Numbered from the stretch's first letter, positions 1-12,666 are shown. The stretch is DNA of 64,000 bases from Eledone cirrhosa (GCA_964016885.1 OZ024748.1:22568001-22632000), one strand, 5' to 3'. Numbers and translations are program-made. The notes: generated by a model not told the origin, from the letters alone.

Positions 1-723
1 TAGGAATTATAATGAGACCCTTTTAAGAGGTATAAGTAATAAACCGAGCATATCTTACGGTGACGGGTCAACAAGTGAGGGGCCAAAATACTAAAGAAAC
101 TACCACGAAATAATAAATAAAGGTTTCTACCCAGGCACAAGGCCAGCAACCACCCAGTGCAAAAAAGTAAACTAATACGAAATAATAATTCAGAGTCCCG
201 AAAAAGAATACTAATACTATCTCTAAGGGTGCCGCCACGATACAAAAGTTCTAGTGCAAGCTACATAAAAGCTCGTACGAAGTATATATAAAATTTGATA
301 CGGAAAATTAATTCAGAATCCCCCCCCCCCCCCCCAAAGTAAATACTGATATACGAGAAATTAAAGCAAAGATACCACTAAGAAATATAGAAAGCACGGA
401 AAAGGGGCAGCGGTCGGATAAGAGGGCAAGTATCCGGGGTCTAACATATCTGCTATAAAAAGCGGAGTCGGCCAAATCTATCATAGAATAAGGGAAGGGG
501 GTGGGGGTACTGATGCTACAAAGGACCGAGGGACTGCCTCGGGTGGGCGAGAAAAAGACGACGACAAAGAAAGAGAACTGGGGTGGAAGGACTAGGGAGG
601 GATGGGGGGAAGAAGGAAATATAGAGGAAGCGATAAAAAGATATAAAAGAAGATCTTACGTCTACCTTTGCAAGCAGGGGTTGCCCATTACAAAATCGGC
701 AAGTGGGGTGTTATAGCCCTAGT

Positions 724-2130
724 CTACCCCCCCCCCCGGTCATTATGGGGTTTGAGGGCGTGGTAAGTCCTACGCAATCTGTGTTTACATGCAGTAATCA
801 GTTCATCTTTCTTGTTTAGGAGTTGGTCCGTCGAAAACAGCATTTGTAAAGTTTCCTCCGAGCATAAATTGCACGGACGGCGTCCTCCCGTGTAAGAGTT
901 GGCTCTGGACAGTAAGCTCCAAGTGAGATCATAGGTAATGTTGTTATCCTTGAGGTCCCATATGTGGCCCGAAAGTGTAGTGGCGTGACGCCGGGCCGGG
1001 TTTCGGAAGGTATGTCTGTGTTGGTATAGCCGGGTCTTGAAATCACATGCAGTTAATCCTATATAAGCTTTGTTGGAGGTGTCCGTCCTCACGTTGCACT
1101 GGTAGATCACATTACGATCTCTGCATCTGTTGTCGAGGGGGCAAATGGATCCATCAGGACAGTTGCACCTCCTGGTCGGCTTTCCACTGCTATTTAGGTT
1201 ATTTCTTCCATAGGGGTTGAGTTTTTTGTTGTTAGAGGAGACGATGTTTTGTGCAAAGTTTGGTGTGGTGCTGTAAGAGAGTTTGGTGGTATTTTTGTTA
1301 ATTATGTTGTGGTAGCGGTGTTGTAGTGGGAAGTGTTTTTCAATGAGCCTAAAGAAGATTTTCCCGATAGGAGTTGTCACCTCGGCGTTGTGGGGGAGGA
1401 TTGAACCATGTTACATTGCGTGAGCGGCGGTGTCGTCTGCTGGTTCCGCTAATGGAAGCTGGACAGTAGGATATTTCCTCCCGGAAACCACTCCGCTTGA
1501 GGGCCTGGTTGTAATAAGGCGCATGTTCCTCGAATATCTGCTCATTAGCTGACAAACGGGATATGCGGAGGGAGATGTTTTTAACCAGGTTGTTTGTGAT
1601 GTTCCTAGGATGGTTTGACCGGCGGTGGATGTAGTGCAGGTTGTCGCTAGGTTTCCTGTATGGGTAGTACAGATCATTATCGAGGTCAAGGGTAACGTCC
1701 AGGAAGTTTACTCGGGTCAGGGACGTTTGTAGGGTTATTTTAAATCCGCAGTCGCGAAGAAGCTGATTAATTGTTTACGGACCCGATCTGTACTACTGGG
1801 GCTCTACCCTTTAAGGGTAAGGAGCCCATCATCACGGTACAATCCACCGCCGAATGCAGGAAACATATCGGTGAGTTTGGCTATTAGGAATAATCCTATA
1901 AGATCAGTGACCTCAGCCGAATCCGTCGCGCCCATGCTGACGTCGAAGGGTGAGTCGGGAGCTCTCTTTATCCATTTGGAGTTGTCGAAGAGTAAGACTG
2001 TCTTCCTGGCGTGGAGGAGTATGTTTCTTTCCTGGTCGGTGATGGGCACAAGTGCTTCGGCGAAGTCCAAGGCAGCGGTAAGGTGATTGAAGCATAGTAA
2101 CTCTCTATGTCAAACTGGATGAATTTAGTT
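724..2130 (-). mobile_element. 5'-truncated, frameshifted Penelope-like retroelement (RT + GIY-YIG), Neptune-type
   Basis: Minus-strand ORF pieces give RT motifs (KFIQFDIESYY, FDVSMGATDSAEV, GGLYRDDGL), a WFNPP thumb segment, a Cys linker (CNC..CPL..C) and a GIY-YIG nuclease (VIYQC..YIGLT..FKTRL..H) with a C-terminal CNLC..E..LN...E...C.H extension. Several frameshifts. 1-723 is probably its 3' non-coding part. Confidence 0.9.
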
Positions 2131-2277
2131 ACCCCTTCCCTCCACAAACTGCCATCATAGAATTATTATGTCTCAACAACAAACTTTTGACCAATCCTTG
2201 TGACAACCACTTTTACCATATATGGAATTACACCTTGAGAAGCTCGGCTATTCAAATACCAGGATAAAAATGTTCAT

Positions 2278-2418
2278 TTAGTCCAGAATTAGCCATCGAA
2301 ACGGCTTGAGCTCAGCCGTCGGGGTCCTACTCGTTCCTATTACCCACTCTACTACCCTAAGTATTGAGTACTTTGGTGCGTTATGGTCCACCTGGTTCCT
2401 TACCACATTTCCTCCGTT
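2278..2418 (+). mobile_element. Short non-autonomous element (probable Penelope pLTR/tail fragment), same family as 62062-62200
   Basis: Near-identical to 62062-62200 (agtccagaattagcc..gaaacggcttgagctcagccgtcggg..tttcctccgtt); ends in (AT)n. Confidence 0.6.
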
Positions 2419-2431
2419 ATATATATATATA

Positions 2432-2830
2432 TAATTGGATACTTAGTAAAATCGAATCTCTGGTGGTTTGCAAGCAAATTCGGCCTACTATATGAAATAA
2501 TTGTTTCTACTTTTGGCACAAGGCCAGCAATTACCCAGTACATGACTGGTACTTTATTTTATCGACCCCGTAAGGATGAAAGGCAAAGTTAAACTCGGCG
2601 GGATTTGAACTCAGAATGACAAGGGACGTAACTCTATACGTCAAAGCATGGCGTCCGACCCTCTACCGATACTGCCAATCCACCGCCCTACTATATGAAA
2701 TAATGAGTTAGCAAAGCATTCGATAAGGTAGGTCCTTAGAGTAATAAGATACGTTTAAATAGCTTGACAAATCGAACATTGTGGTAGGCAAAATCTAGCA
2801 CACAATATACCAAAGTAACGAAAGAACTAT
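2432..2830 (-). mobile_element. (AT)n-flanked dispersed repeat, reverse-complement homolog of 56545-56720, interrupted by a SINE
   Basis: After removing the SINE, the sequence aligns to the reverse complement of 56545-56720. Confidence 0.7.
2502..2688 (-). mobile_element. tRNA-derived SINE with 16-bp target-site duplication
   Basis: Minus strand has A-box-like TGGCAGTATCGG and B-box GAGTTCAAATCC, and a conserved body gcctttcatccttacggggtcgataaaat. The direct repeat tactatatgaaataat is at 2486-2501 and 2689-2704. Confidence 0.85.
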
Positions 2831-3052
2831 ATATATATAAACGTTTGGAGTTAGAAGACCAGAACAATGCAGATATCGATATAGAATATAAATATCCTTT
2901 GATATTCAAATAAATTTAAGGTAAAGGACTAATTGTCAGCAATATCTTTTGCATTTGTATTTATATTCTATATCCATACCTACATTGCTCTGGCCTTCTA
3001 ACTCTAAACGTTTATACCTCACTACGCAATGCTTCAAGTAAACTACAACTTC

Positions 3053-3054
<2 letters not shown>

Positions 3055-3137
<83 letters not shown>

Positions 3138-3164
3138 AGAGAGAGAGAAAGGAATATAGCTAGC

Positions 3165-3215
<51 letters not shown>
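3055..3215. repeat. Compound (AT)n/(GA)n/(GATA)n microsatellite abutting the LINE 3' end
   Basis: Directly visible. Confidence 0.95.
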
Positions 3216-3446
3216 ATTTCTATTTATTTGCCACGAGGGCACAAAAGAAGGGGACATTTACACAGTGGGGGAGTTTACATAAATCGAGTAAAGAAAAAAG
3301 GAATAACAATAATAATATAACAATAAAAAGTCCTCAAAAGGGAGGGGGCGTGTTGGGGATTGCACATACCCCCGAAAAGTGTGCAACTCTTTTCGCGGGG
3401 GAAGCCCAGAGAGGAGGCGCTCCCCCTTTCCTCTTCACTTCTTCAC

Positions 3447-6400
3447 CTACAGAACAATGTAGAGAGAAGGCCCATTTACACGGGCCATTCTCGCTTCTTT
3501 CACCCACCTTTCATAAAACTGTCTGGGACCAAGCACCTCTCTCTCCATCCTGATTCTTCTTCCGAAGTGGTATCGGAAGAAGTAAACCAGGTGATGGCCG
3601 GAGAGAAAGTCACCCGACCTCAGACCTTTCAGGCGCGTCCACCACACAACCTCTTTCATCATGGCTATTACGCACAGAAAGACCGCCTCTGCTTCATTTC
3701 TGAAGGGAGGAGGCGGCTTGATGTTCACCACAGACTCGGCGGTTAATCGAATCGGCGCCACACGCGACAGCAGTCGATCGACGTAGCCCCACAGATCGGC
3801 AACGCCCGGGCAGTGTACCAGTGCATGCGCAACGGTTTCCTCGTCGCGCACGCATCTGGGACAGATCTTTTTCGCGGGATCCCTGCCCGGGCGCCCGTGT
3901 CTGTAGAGCTTTTCTCGAACGGGCAGAGCCCCCCGGTAACACTGCCAGGCTAGGGACCTCTGGAAGTTGTCCATGGGTCCCGGGCCGAAAGTTCTACCGA
4001 ACAGGCTGGCCAGTTCGTCCTCCTCCATGCCTAGCGACTCTCCAAGGGTGTCGTCGCCCCTGCTAGCCACCAACCCTCTATAGAATGTCGAGGTGGATTC
4101 TCCACTGACAGTCGGGTCCGCTTGCCAGATAGCCGTGAGCGCCTGGGCACACTCAGTGTGCCAGTTGCCCAGTTTTCTCGGTCTTTGCTTCACCCAGGAT
4201 TGCAGTTCGGTGAGCGAGACGAGCTGTGGGAAGGCTCGCCTCACAAACGGGGCCCACACCGGCTGACCGTTGAGGAATACCTGTAGATGCCGTAGCCTCA
4301 ATGCGTGCCTACGCATCAACAGCCACGGCATACCCAGCCCTCCTTTCGAAGGGTGCTGGCAGCAGATGGATCTCCTCACCATGGGAGGCCGCTTCTTCCA
4401 GAGGAACTGGAAGAGCATGCGTTCCATGATGGTGAGCTTTTCCTTGGGGCAAGGCACGACGGTCAGGCGGTAGTAGATGACGGACGCTATGTAAGCGTTC
4501 GTCACCTCCGCCCGACCTTTCAGTGATAGTTTGCACTTGGCCCACTTCTGGGTCAGCGCAAACACCCTGCTCGTCACCTCGCCCCAATTCTTCTCCACCT
4601 GGAGGTCCGGTCCGAACCAGACCCCGAGCAGCTTCACCGGGCCCTCCGTCCACCGCCCGACGACACCGTCTAACGGCATCGGTTTGCCCCTCCACGTTCC
4701 GAGTTGCAAACCGACTGACTTGTCCTGGTTCAGCTTAGCCCCCGTCAGCCTTTCGTATTCCTCCAGTAGGGTGGCGATCGCCCCGATTTCCGAGGCGTCC
4801 GCCACCATTACTGTTACGTCGTCGGCATAGGCCGAGACCGCTTTGTGCAATCCCGGTTCCAGGGGTATGCCCCGCAGCAACTCCAACTTCCGCAGCAGTG
4901 GCTCGAGAGTCAATACGTACAGAAGGGAGGAGAGGGGGCACCCCTGTCTGATGGATCGGGTGATTTGAAACGGCTCCGAGAGGTAGCCGTTTACTTTAAT
5001 CCTAGAGTAGATGTTGCCACTGTGCATGGCAGAAATCCAGCCCCTGAAAACGGGTCCGAAGCCCGCCGCCGCTAGCACCGCATCCAGGTAACCATGGTCG
5101 ACCCTATCGAACGCCTTAGATTGATCCAAGTTGATCAGGGCCCCACCAAAGCCGGGTTCGTAGCCAACCCTCTCTATGATGTATCGCATGAGGTGGAGGT
5201 TGTCGTGAATGGACCTGGACGGGATAGCGCATGTCTGCGCGTCTCCCACCAAACCACCCACCACAAGCGCCAACCTCTTCGCCAACACCTTGGCCAAAAT
5301 CTGTAACTCTGCATTCAGCAGAGTTATGGGCCTAAAGTTACTTAAGTCGTCCCCCTTGCTCTCGTCCTTCCTCACTAGCGTGACCACGCCCTTGGTCACA
5401 GAACAGGGAATTCTCCCGTTCTGTTGCCAGTTGCAATAGACAGCCTCGAGGAGTTCGGAGAACAAGACCGGCATAGCTAAATAAAGTTCGTATGGTAGAC
5501 CATCGAGACCCGGGGATTTGCGTCTGCTGCATTGGCTGAGCGCTTCCCCGATTTCAGTGGCTGTGATTGGCCCTTCGCAGCACTCCGCTTCGCCGCTCGA
5601 AAGACGCGGTAGACCGTCGAGGTATGGACCGAAGTCCACATCCCCGTCCGGCCCCCCGCCACCTCCGAACAGTCGAGCAAAGTGCCTTTGAAAGGTCTCG
5701 CACATTCGCTCAGGTTCAAGGATCACCCGTCCATCCTGGTCTCGCAAAGACCGAATGGTGGATTTAATCCCACTCTTGGCTTCTGTCACGCGGGCCCAGC
5801 TAACAGCTTTGGTCCCCTCGTTTCCTAAAGCACGTATTTTACTTCGGACAACGCAGCCTTCGTGCTTCGCGTCAAAGAACTGGCTCAATGCCGTTCTCGT
5901 CGCTAACACTCTGGCTACGTCTCCGCTCCTAATCGCCTCTTCTAGTTTATCTGTTAACTCCCTTTCCCTCCTATTTCTATTCGCCGCTAGTTCCTTACTG
6001 TAACCTATCGAACTTACTCTAATCTCTCTCTTTAGAGATATCCACCACCTACTGTTGACGATCGCTCCCGTCAACCGCATCTTAACTAAGCTACTAATCC
6101 GGTTTCTGTAATCTTTCTTTGTCGGTAAGGACAAGTTCATCTTCCAGTAACCGGGACCCTGTCTATGCGTTCTATCAAGGTTGACCACGCAGGTCACTAA
6201 TTTGTGATCTGAATAGCCAACCATGATCAGTTCTGGACAACTAAATACGTCCCTATCCTTACTCCTAACCAAAAACCTATCTAGGTACGATCTAGATTGT
6301 CCACTGCGGTTTGCCCAGGTCCAGGTTGGCGCAGTTGGACAATCTAGTCGAAATCTATCGAAGGTCGAATCGATCGAGTAACCCCTTGAGGCTGCTACAC

Positions 6401-6874
6401 CCCCCTCTATCGGGACATGCCCCTGCATAGTCCCAACGCGCATCTAGGATTCCATTCCAGTCCCCCACTAAAAGCAGGGAACGCGACGTTCCTAGAAAAG
6501 TCTCCAGACGTTGGAAGAAGTCGGCTCTCTCCGCCCCGAAGGGAGCATAAAGACCGACCAGTCTGAAAGCCCCGCCTTCACCACCTCCGACGTCCAGCAC
6601 CAGTAATCGACCCCCCGGGTCCGAGTGAACAATCTGTACGTCGAGAGTCAGACGTTTATCCAGCAGTACGGCAACTCCCCCCCCCGCCTCCGGGTTGACA
6701 GAGAGATGCGTGCATCTCAAAGTCATCGAAGGCGGGCGCCAGCTGTCTCACGCTGCTGATCCGACTCTCGCAAACAACCATCACATCTATACTTTGTGAC
6801 CTGAGGTCACTTAGAAGCTTTGCTTGCTTCCAAGCTGAGCTCAGGCCACGCGCGTTCAAACAGCCAACTCTCAA
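3447..6874 (-). pseudogene. LINE ORF2 (APE endonuclease-reverse transcriptase) with two frameshifts in the endonuclease domain
   Basis: LNARGL, CE, GVAVLL, YAP, GDWN, YLDRF, SDH (APE); KSPGLDG, FRPITLLN, DQSKAFDRV, RQGCPLS, YADD (RT). Frameshifts near 6680 (C/G homopolymer) and near 6360. Confidence 0.9.
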
Positions 6875-6879
6875 TTGAT

Positions 6880-8715
6880 CTATTTTGGTGTTGAAAGTGA
6901 AGAAAGAAAAGCACTTACCTCTCCGGGTTGCGTAATTTCCATGGCATCAGGTGTGTTGGGTGGAGGGATGTTTTGTGGTGGTGTGGGGGTACACGTGTGT
7001 GGTGGGGTTGGGGTATTTGGAGTTGTGTCAGGGAGAGGGGCGGTTATGGGGAAATCTTTCAAGAGGACGCGATTCAACGGTTTTAAACAGGGGGGGCTCA
7101 CGTCCCGTCTAAATTGTTCTTTTAAGGAACGATAAAGGTCCAGAGGGACCTTTATCATTTTTAAATGGGTGAAGTTCTCTGTTGAGATAAAGTTTGGCCC
7201 TTCGGTCTGCACCATAGGGTTATTGTTTATTAATTTAACCAGTTTTTTGTTTTCTTTATTTATATATGTGTATTGCAACGTCTTTTTTTGTGATGCTGTC
7301 AATGTTTCGGAGAGGGGAGGCGCAGATTTATTTTTGTTTGTTGAGGGTGGGGTGTTTTTGATTGGAGTTGGTGTTTGTGTGTGGGTTATTTGTGGTGTGC
7401 TGGGTGTGTGTTTTCTTTTTTTTCTTTTAACTTGTCTGAAGGCTTCTCCTCCTTCTTCTTCAGAAGTTGGGGGAAACTCTTCAGCGCTAGGTGGGAGGGA
7501 CGTGTTGTGTGGTTGTTTTTTTTTTGCGGGAGGGGTAGATTTGTTACTGTTTTTTTTATTATTTGTTTGGAATGGGTTTTGTGGTGGTGGTGGTGGTAAT
7601 GTTTGTGTCGTGCTTGTGGTTGGTAATGGTGGTGGTGATGTTTGTGTTGTGGTTGGTGGTGGTGATTTTTGTGTCGTGCTTGTGTTTGGTGCTGGTGGTG
7701 GTGATGTTTGTGTTGTGTTTGTGGTTGGTGGTGTCTGTATTTTGTTTGCTGTGTGTGGTATTAGTGTTTTTTTGGAGGTGAGTTGTGCTGGTGTACTGTT
7801 TGTGGTGGGTGTGGGCAATAGTCCTTTTTGGGGGATACGTTTCGGGCAGTTAGCCTTAACGTGTCCCCTTTCCATGCATAAATAGCATGCTGGTCTTCTC
7901 CCCTCTACAATTATGTCTATTGGGGTAAGGTCATCCAGCCAGATGCGATCCGGGATTTGTGCTATTCTTTCGGGCCTCATTTGGACTAGTATGTCGAGGC
8001 CCATTCCCAGGAACGCATCTCCAGTTGCCTTCCCCATTGACAGCATAGTGTCTTCGCCCATATCAATGAAGCCAGCAATAGCCCACCAGAAGTCCATTGT
8101 GGGCAGCATTGTTTTTACTTTTATTCTCTGTGTTCTTCTACCCATGTAGGAGGGATAGAAGCTATATGTTGTCGACGAGAGTGGGCTTAGGGAAAGCTGA
8201 ACCGCCGTTTCTTTGTCTCTTGTTAGGACCGAAATGCTGCCATAGAGTCGGTCCTTTCGTATGAAGAGAATATTCTTCATATAGTCTTTTAGGACTAACT
8301 CTATTTCCATTTGGGTGGGCTGTGCTGGCTTTCTTGACTGGTTTAGTATAGTTCTGTATATAACTGTGTTTTCTGCTCTGGCTTTCTTGAATTCTGGGGG
8401 GGAGTTAATGGAAAACATTCCGTTCTCCCCCAAAACAATATGTTTCTTTGCTTCGGCCAGTTTTTCTCTGGCGGCAGTTAGGTCAATTGGTGTGTATGTA
8501 ATGGATTGCTTTGTTTTCTGGGCGAAAGTTGCCCTGTCGTTATTTGTATTATTTTCTGTTTGTTTGTTTTCTGTTTGCTCATTTTCCTTAACATTTGTTT
8601 TTTCATTTTGTTTGTTTGTTTCAATGTCTAATTTTGTTGTAATTATTTTTTGTTCTTCAGACTTGGGGGGCGTGGCAGAGCTAATGGCAGACATGTCTGC
8701 CATCTTTTCCGCCAT
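6880..8715 (-). CDS. LINE ORF1 (gag-like nucleic-acid-binding protein)
   Basis: Open ~610 codons from first ATG (MAEKMADM); zinc knuckle CYLCMERGHVKANC; Pro/Thr-rich repeats and basic KRKKRK segment; directly upstream of ORF2. Confidence 0.85.
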   Translation of the reverse strand: MAEKMADMSAISSATPPKSEEQKIITTKLDIETNKQNEKTNVKENEQTENKQTENNTNNDRATFAQKTKQSITYTPIDLTAAREKLAEAKKHIVLGENGMFSINSPPEFKKARAENTVIYRTILNQSRKPAQPTQMEIELVLKDYMKNILFIRKDRLYGSISVLTRDKETAVQLSLSPLSSTTYSFYPSYMGRRTQRIKVKTMLPTMDFWWAIAGFIDMGEDTMLSMGKATGDAFLGMGLDILVQMRPERIAQIPDRIWLDDLTPIDIIVEGRRPACYLCMERGHVKANCPKRIPQKGLLPTPTTNSTPAQLTSKKTLIPHTANKIQTPPTTNTTQTSPPPAPNTSTTQKSPPPTTTQTSPPPLPTTSTTQTLPPPPPQNPFQTNNKKNSNKSTPPAKKKQPHNTSLPPSAEEFPPTSEEEGGEAFRQVKRKKRKHTPSTPQITHTQTPTPIKNTPPSTNKNKSAPPLSETLTASQKKTLQYTYINKENKKLVKLINNNPMVQTEGPNFISTENFTHLKMIKVPLDLYRSLKEQFRRDVSPPCLKPLNRVLLKDFPITAPLPDTTPNTPTPPHTCTPTPPQNIPPPNTPDAMEITQPGEVSAFLSSLSTPK

Positions 8716-8942
8716 GCTGCCAAGAAAGAAATTTTTCGGCAAAAATAGATATTTATTTTACCCCCTAAAAAGGGGGTAAATGCAAAAATGTTTCCCTAAA
8801 TAACAGGGGTTAGTGTTCCAAATGTGTTGCACTAAAAAATTTATCCGGTACTTACAATAGTAAGGGTAAATCCCGATGGAATAGCGGAGCCGATGCGAAG
8901 CGTGTCTTACTCTATCAAGATAGATAGATAGATAGATAGATA

Positions 8943-9933
8943 TGTTTCTTTTATTTGTCACTAGGGCATCAAAAGTGGGACAAGTACAAAGGGGGGAGTT
9001 TACACAAAAAGGCGTCCTCAATAAGGAGGAGGCAATAACAAAATATAAAAATAAAATAAAATATAACAAAAAATAAAATTTGTAACAAAATTCTCAATAG
9101 AGAGGAGGCGCCTTGGGGGGTCGCACACACCCCCGAAAAAAAGTGTGCAACCCTTTTCCTCAGGAGCATAGAGAGGGGGTGCTCCCTCGTTCCTTCCTCT
9201 TTTCCACCTACAGGCTTATGTAAAGAGAAGGCCCATTCACACGAGCCATTCTCGCCACTTTCACCCACCTTTCATAAAAACGACTGGGGTGGAGCACCTC
9301 TCTCTCCATCCTGATCCTTCTTCCGAAATGATATCGGAAGAAACGGACCAGTTGTTGGCCAGAGAGAAAGGTGCCTGACCTCAGTCCTTTCAGACGCGTC
9401 CACCATACAACTTCTTTCGCCATGGCTATTGCGCACAGAAACACCGCCTCTCCTTCATCTGTGAAGGGGGGAGGCGGCTTGATCATTACAATAGACTCGG
9501 TGGTCAACCGGATCGGTCCCACCCTTGACAGCAGTTGTTCGACATAGCCCCACAGATCGGCTACGCCCGAGCAGTGTACCATTGCGTGTGCAACGGTTTC
9601 CTCGTCGCACACGCATCTGGGACAGATCTTTTTGGCGGGGTCCCTACCCGGGCGCCCGTGTCTGTAGAGCTTTTCTCGAACGGGTAGAGCCCCTCGGTAG
9701 CACTGCCAGGCCAGGGACTATGGAAGTTGTCCATAGGTCCCGGGCTAAATGTCGTACCGAACAGGCTGGCCAGTTCGTCCTCCTCCATGTCTAGGGCTTC
9801 TCCGAGGGCGTCGTCGCACCTGCTGCGTACCAGCCCTCTATAGAATGTTGCGGTGGAGTCTCCACTGATAACCGGATCCGCCTGCCAGAGGGCGGTGAGC
9901 GCCTGGGCACACTCAGTGTGCCAGGCGCCCAGT
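8943..9933 (-). mobile_element. 5'-truncated copy of a related Tx1-like subfamily (ORF2 C-terminus + 3' UTR)
   Basis: Homologous to 3215-4175; encodes ..EETVAHAMVHC..EVVWWTRLKG..; flanked by (GATA)n. Confidence 0.9.
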
Positions 9934-9942
9934 AGATAGATA

Positions 9943-10414
9943 TATTTCTTTTATTTGCCACTAGGGCATCAAAAGTGGGACAAGTACAAAGGGGGGAGTT
10001 TACACAAAAAGGCGTCCTCATTAAGGAGAAGGCAATAACAAAATATAAAAATAAAATAAGATATAACAAAAAATAAAATTTTTAACAAAATCCTCAATAG
10101 AGAGGAGGCGCCTTGGGGGGTCGCACACACCCCCGAAAAAAGTGTGCAACCCTTCTCCTCAGGAGCACAGAGAAGGGGTGCTCCCTTGGTCTTTCATCTT
10201 CCTCACCTATAGTCTGATGTAGAGTGAAGGCCCATTCACACGGGCCATTCTCGCCACTTTCACCCATCTTTCATAGAAACGGCTGGGGTGCAGCACCTCT
10301 CTCTCCATCCTGATCCTTCTTCCGAAATGATATCGGAAGAAACGGACCAGTTGTTGGCCAGAGAGAAAGGTACCTGACCTCAGTCCTTTCAGACGCGTCC
10401 ACCATACAACCTCT
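9943..10414 (-). mobile_element. Shorter 5'-truncated Tx1-like copy with 20-bp TSD
   Basis: Homologous to 8943-9415; direct repeat aggcgcccagtagatagata at 9923-9942 and 10415-10434. Confidence 0.88.
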
Positions 10415-10567
10415 AGGCGCCCAGTAGATAGATAGATAGATAGATATGAGTGTGTAGTATGCCATTACTTACTTTTCCTGCTTGCACGCTTTCAGAGGGT
10501 AGTTTGATGTAGTGTGTATGTATGTGACTGTGTTCAAGAGTGTGTAAGTGTGTGTGTGTATGTCTAT

Positions 10568-10658
<91 letters not shown>

Positions 10659-10984
10659 TGTATGTATGTGAATATGTCTATACAAATATATATATATGTG
10701 TGTGTGTCTGTGTGTCTGTGTGTGTGTGTAAGTATAAAGGAATGGAGATATAAATGTAGAAATAGGGAGCTGGTGGTTGGGATCACAGTTCAAACTCTTC
10801 TGGGTTTTTTCTCCGTGCATCAAAATGGAGGTTTTTCAAACAAAATGGAGAAATCAATTAAAGTCAATTTTAACGGAACTCAGCAAATATTGATCTGTTA
10901 TTGCCAAAAAAAAAAATGAAAGTTCTAAAGGCCGAAAGACTTAAAAATATAAATCTTCAGTGAGATGGATTAATAATGGTTTTT

Positions 10985-11710
10985 GTTTTAGTCACAAGGC
11001 AGGCAATTTGAAGGGAAGAGGGGAAGACAATTATATCGACTCGTTGCTTTACAGATAATTTATATTAGCGACCCCTGCAGGATGAAAAGCAATTTGACCT
11101 CGGCAGGATTTGAAACCAGAACGAAGAGTTTATAACGAAACACTGCAATGCATTTCATCTGATTCTGCCTATCCTCTAATCTAATAATAATTGTTTCTAC
11201 TTTTGGCACAAGGCCAGCAATTACCCCAGTGCGTTACTGGTACTTTATTTTATCAACCCCGTAAGGATGAAAGGCAAAGTGAACCTCGGTGGGATTTAAA
11301 CTCAGACTGTAAAGGGGCGTAACTCTATGCTATAATAGTGATTTCTACTATAGGCACAAGGGCAGCAATTTGAGGGGAGGGGAAAGTCGATTAAATCGAC
11401 GCCAGTGGGTGACTGGTACTTCATTTTATCGACGCCGTAACGATGAAAGGCAAAGCTTACTTCGGCGGGATTTGAACTTAGAACGTAAAGGGCCGTAACT
11501 CTATGCTGCAAAGCAGGGTGTCGGGCGCCGCTCTACCGATAATAATAATAATGATTCCTGATTTAGGGACAAGGCCAATAATTTTGGGGTGGGGAAAGTA
11601 AATTAAATCGACCCCAGTGTCTTACTGGTACTTTATTTTTTCGACCTCGTAAGGATGAAAGGCAAAGCTAACCTCGGCGGGATTTGAACATAGAACGTAA
11701 AGTGCCGTAA
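10985..11710 (-). mobile_element. Cluster of four same-orientation tRNA-derived SINE copies separated by short AAT-rich linkers
   Basis: Repeated ggcacaagg..cgaccccgtaaggatgaaaggcaaag..ctcggcgggatttgaac blocks at ~10985, 11190, 11340 and 11555; same family as 2502-2688. Confidence 0.85.
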
Positions 11711-11734
11711 TGATAATAACGATGATGATGACAT

Positions 11735-11995
11735 ATAAGCGGCTCAGCGTTCCACAGACACGTCTACATTTAACATAGTTTTCAGGGAGATTCAGCGTGT
11801 GTGACAAGGCTGGACTACCGGGGCAGTCCATCGGACGGGATTTCAGATTCCCTCCTACCCAATTTCTCTCACAAGGTACGGGCGGGTTAATCCTGAAATA
11901 TAGTAAATGACACTTGCACAAGATGTACGCAGAGGGATCGAACCCGTAATCTGATGATTGCATAGTAAATCCTTAACTATTTGTCCATGCAGCAT
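11735..11995 (-). mobile_element. Second tRNA-derived SINE family (CORE-like, degenerate)
   Basis: Minus strand tRNA-like head ..tagttaagg..GGTTCGATCCC followed by CORE-like cttgtgcaagtgtc; a related tail fragment (ttccacagacac) occurs at ~54450. Confidence 0.6.
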
Positions 11996-12635
11996 CCCCG
12001 CACTGACTAGACATACGCATAAAACGAACAATGGTTTGTGTAAGTGTCGAAGAGTGTGTTCTGGCTGCATTCAATTTATTAAGAAGGGAAAAAGGCTGCC
12101 ATAAAGATTGTAATGTATGAAAGAACTGTCTATAAATTTTGTGCAGTATATTGTTATATGTACATGTGTACTCTCCCAACTTATCTCTTCCCCCGTCGCT
12201 TTCTCCACACATACAAGCATGCATACATACATGACAAAAACAATAGAAACATTTTGTGTGTCTGAATAGAATTATATGTGGCAAAATAGTATGAATTTTT
12301 GCCATTATTGAAGACCATTCAAATATCCTTTTAAGTTTAATTCTCCATAACGTAGATCAATAAAGAACGCTGGACGGCATCGCTGCCAGAAATAAAAAAT
12401 AAAAAATAAAAATAAAAAAAAGAAGAGAAAAATAAAATAAAATATAAAAACGAACATTTTTGTTCTTCCGAAAGCTTTGCAAATGAAAATAAAACTTCCT
12501 ATCGGAGAATTTGAAAGCATCATTAATTTCTCTCAATTCACCCTTCAACATTTAAATGTGAACTCAAGCACTCAATCTATCAACAATGCACATAAAAATA
12601 TATATTCACACGTGTTCACACATACACACATATAG

Positions 12636-12666
<31 letters not shown>

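Larger units (their letters stand above)
3215..8917 (-). mobile_element. Near full-length Tx1/L1-clade non-LTR retrotransposon inserted in (GATA)n
   Basis: 5' UTR, ORF1 with CCHC knuckle, ORF2 with APE endonuclease + RT + C-terminal CxxC..E...H...HC, 3' UTR ending aaataaatagaaattt(ATCT)n; (TATC)n at both ends. Confidence 0.93.

Noticed and set aside
2240-2315. Complete hammerhead in the 2278/25330/56480/62062 family
   Set aside because: A GAAAC..GAGCTC 3' half is present but no CUGANGA box is found upstream in any copy here.
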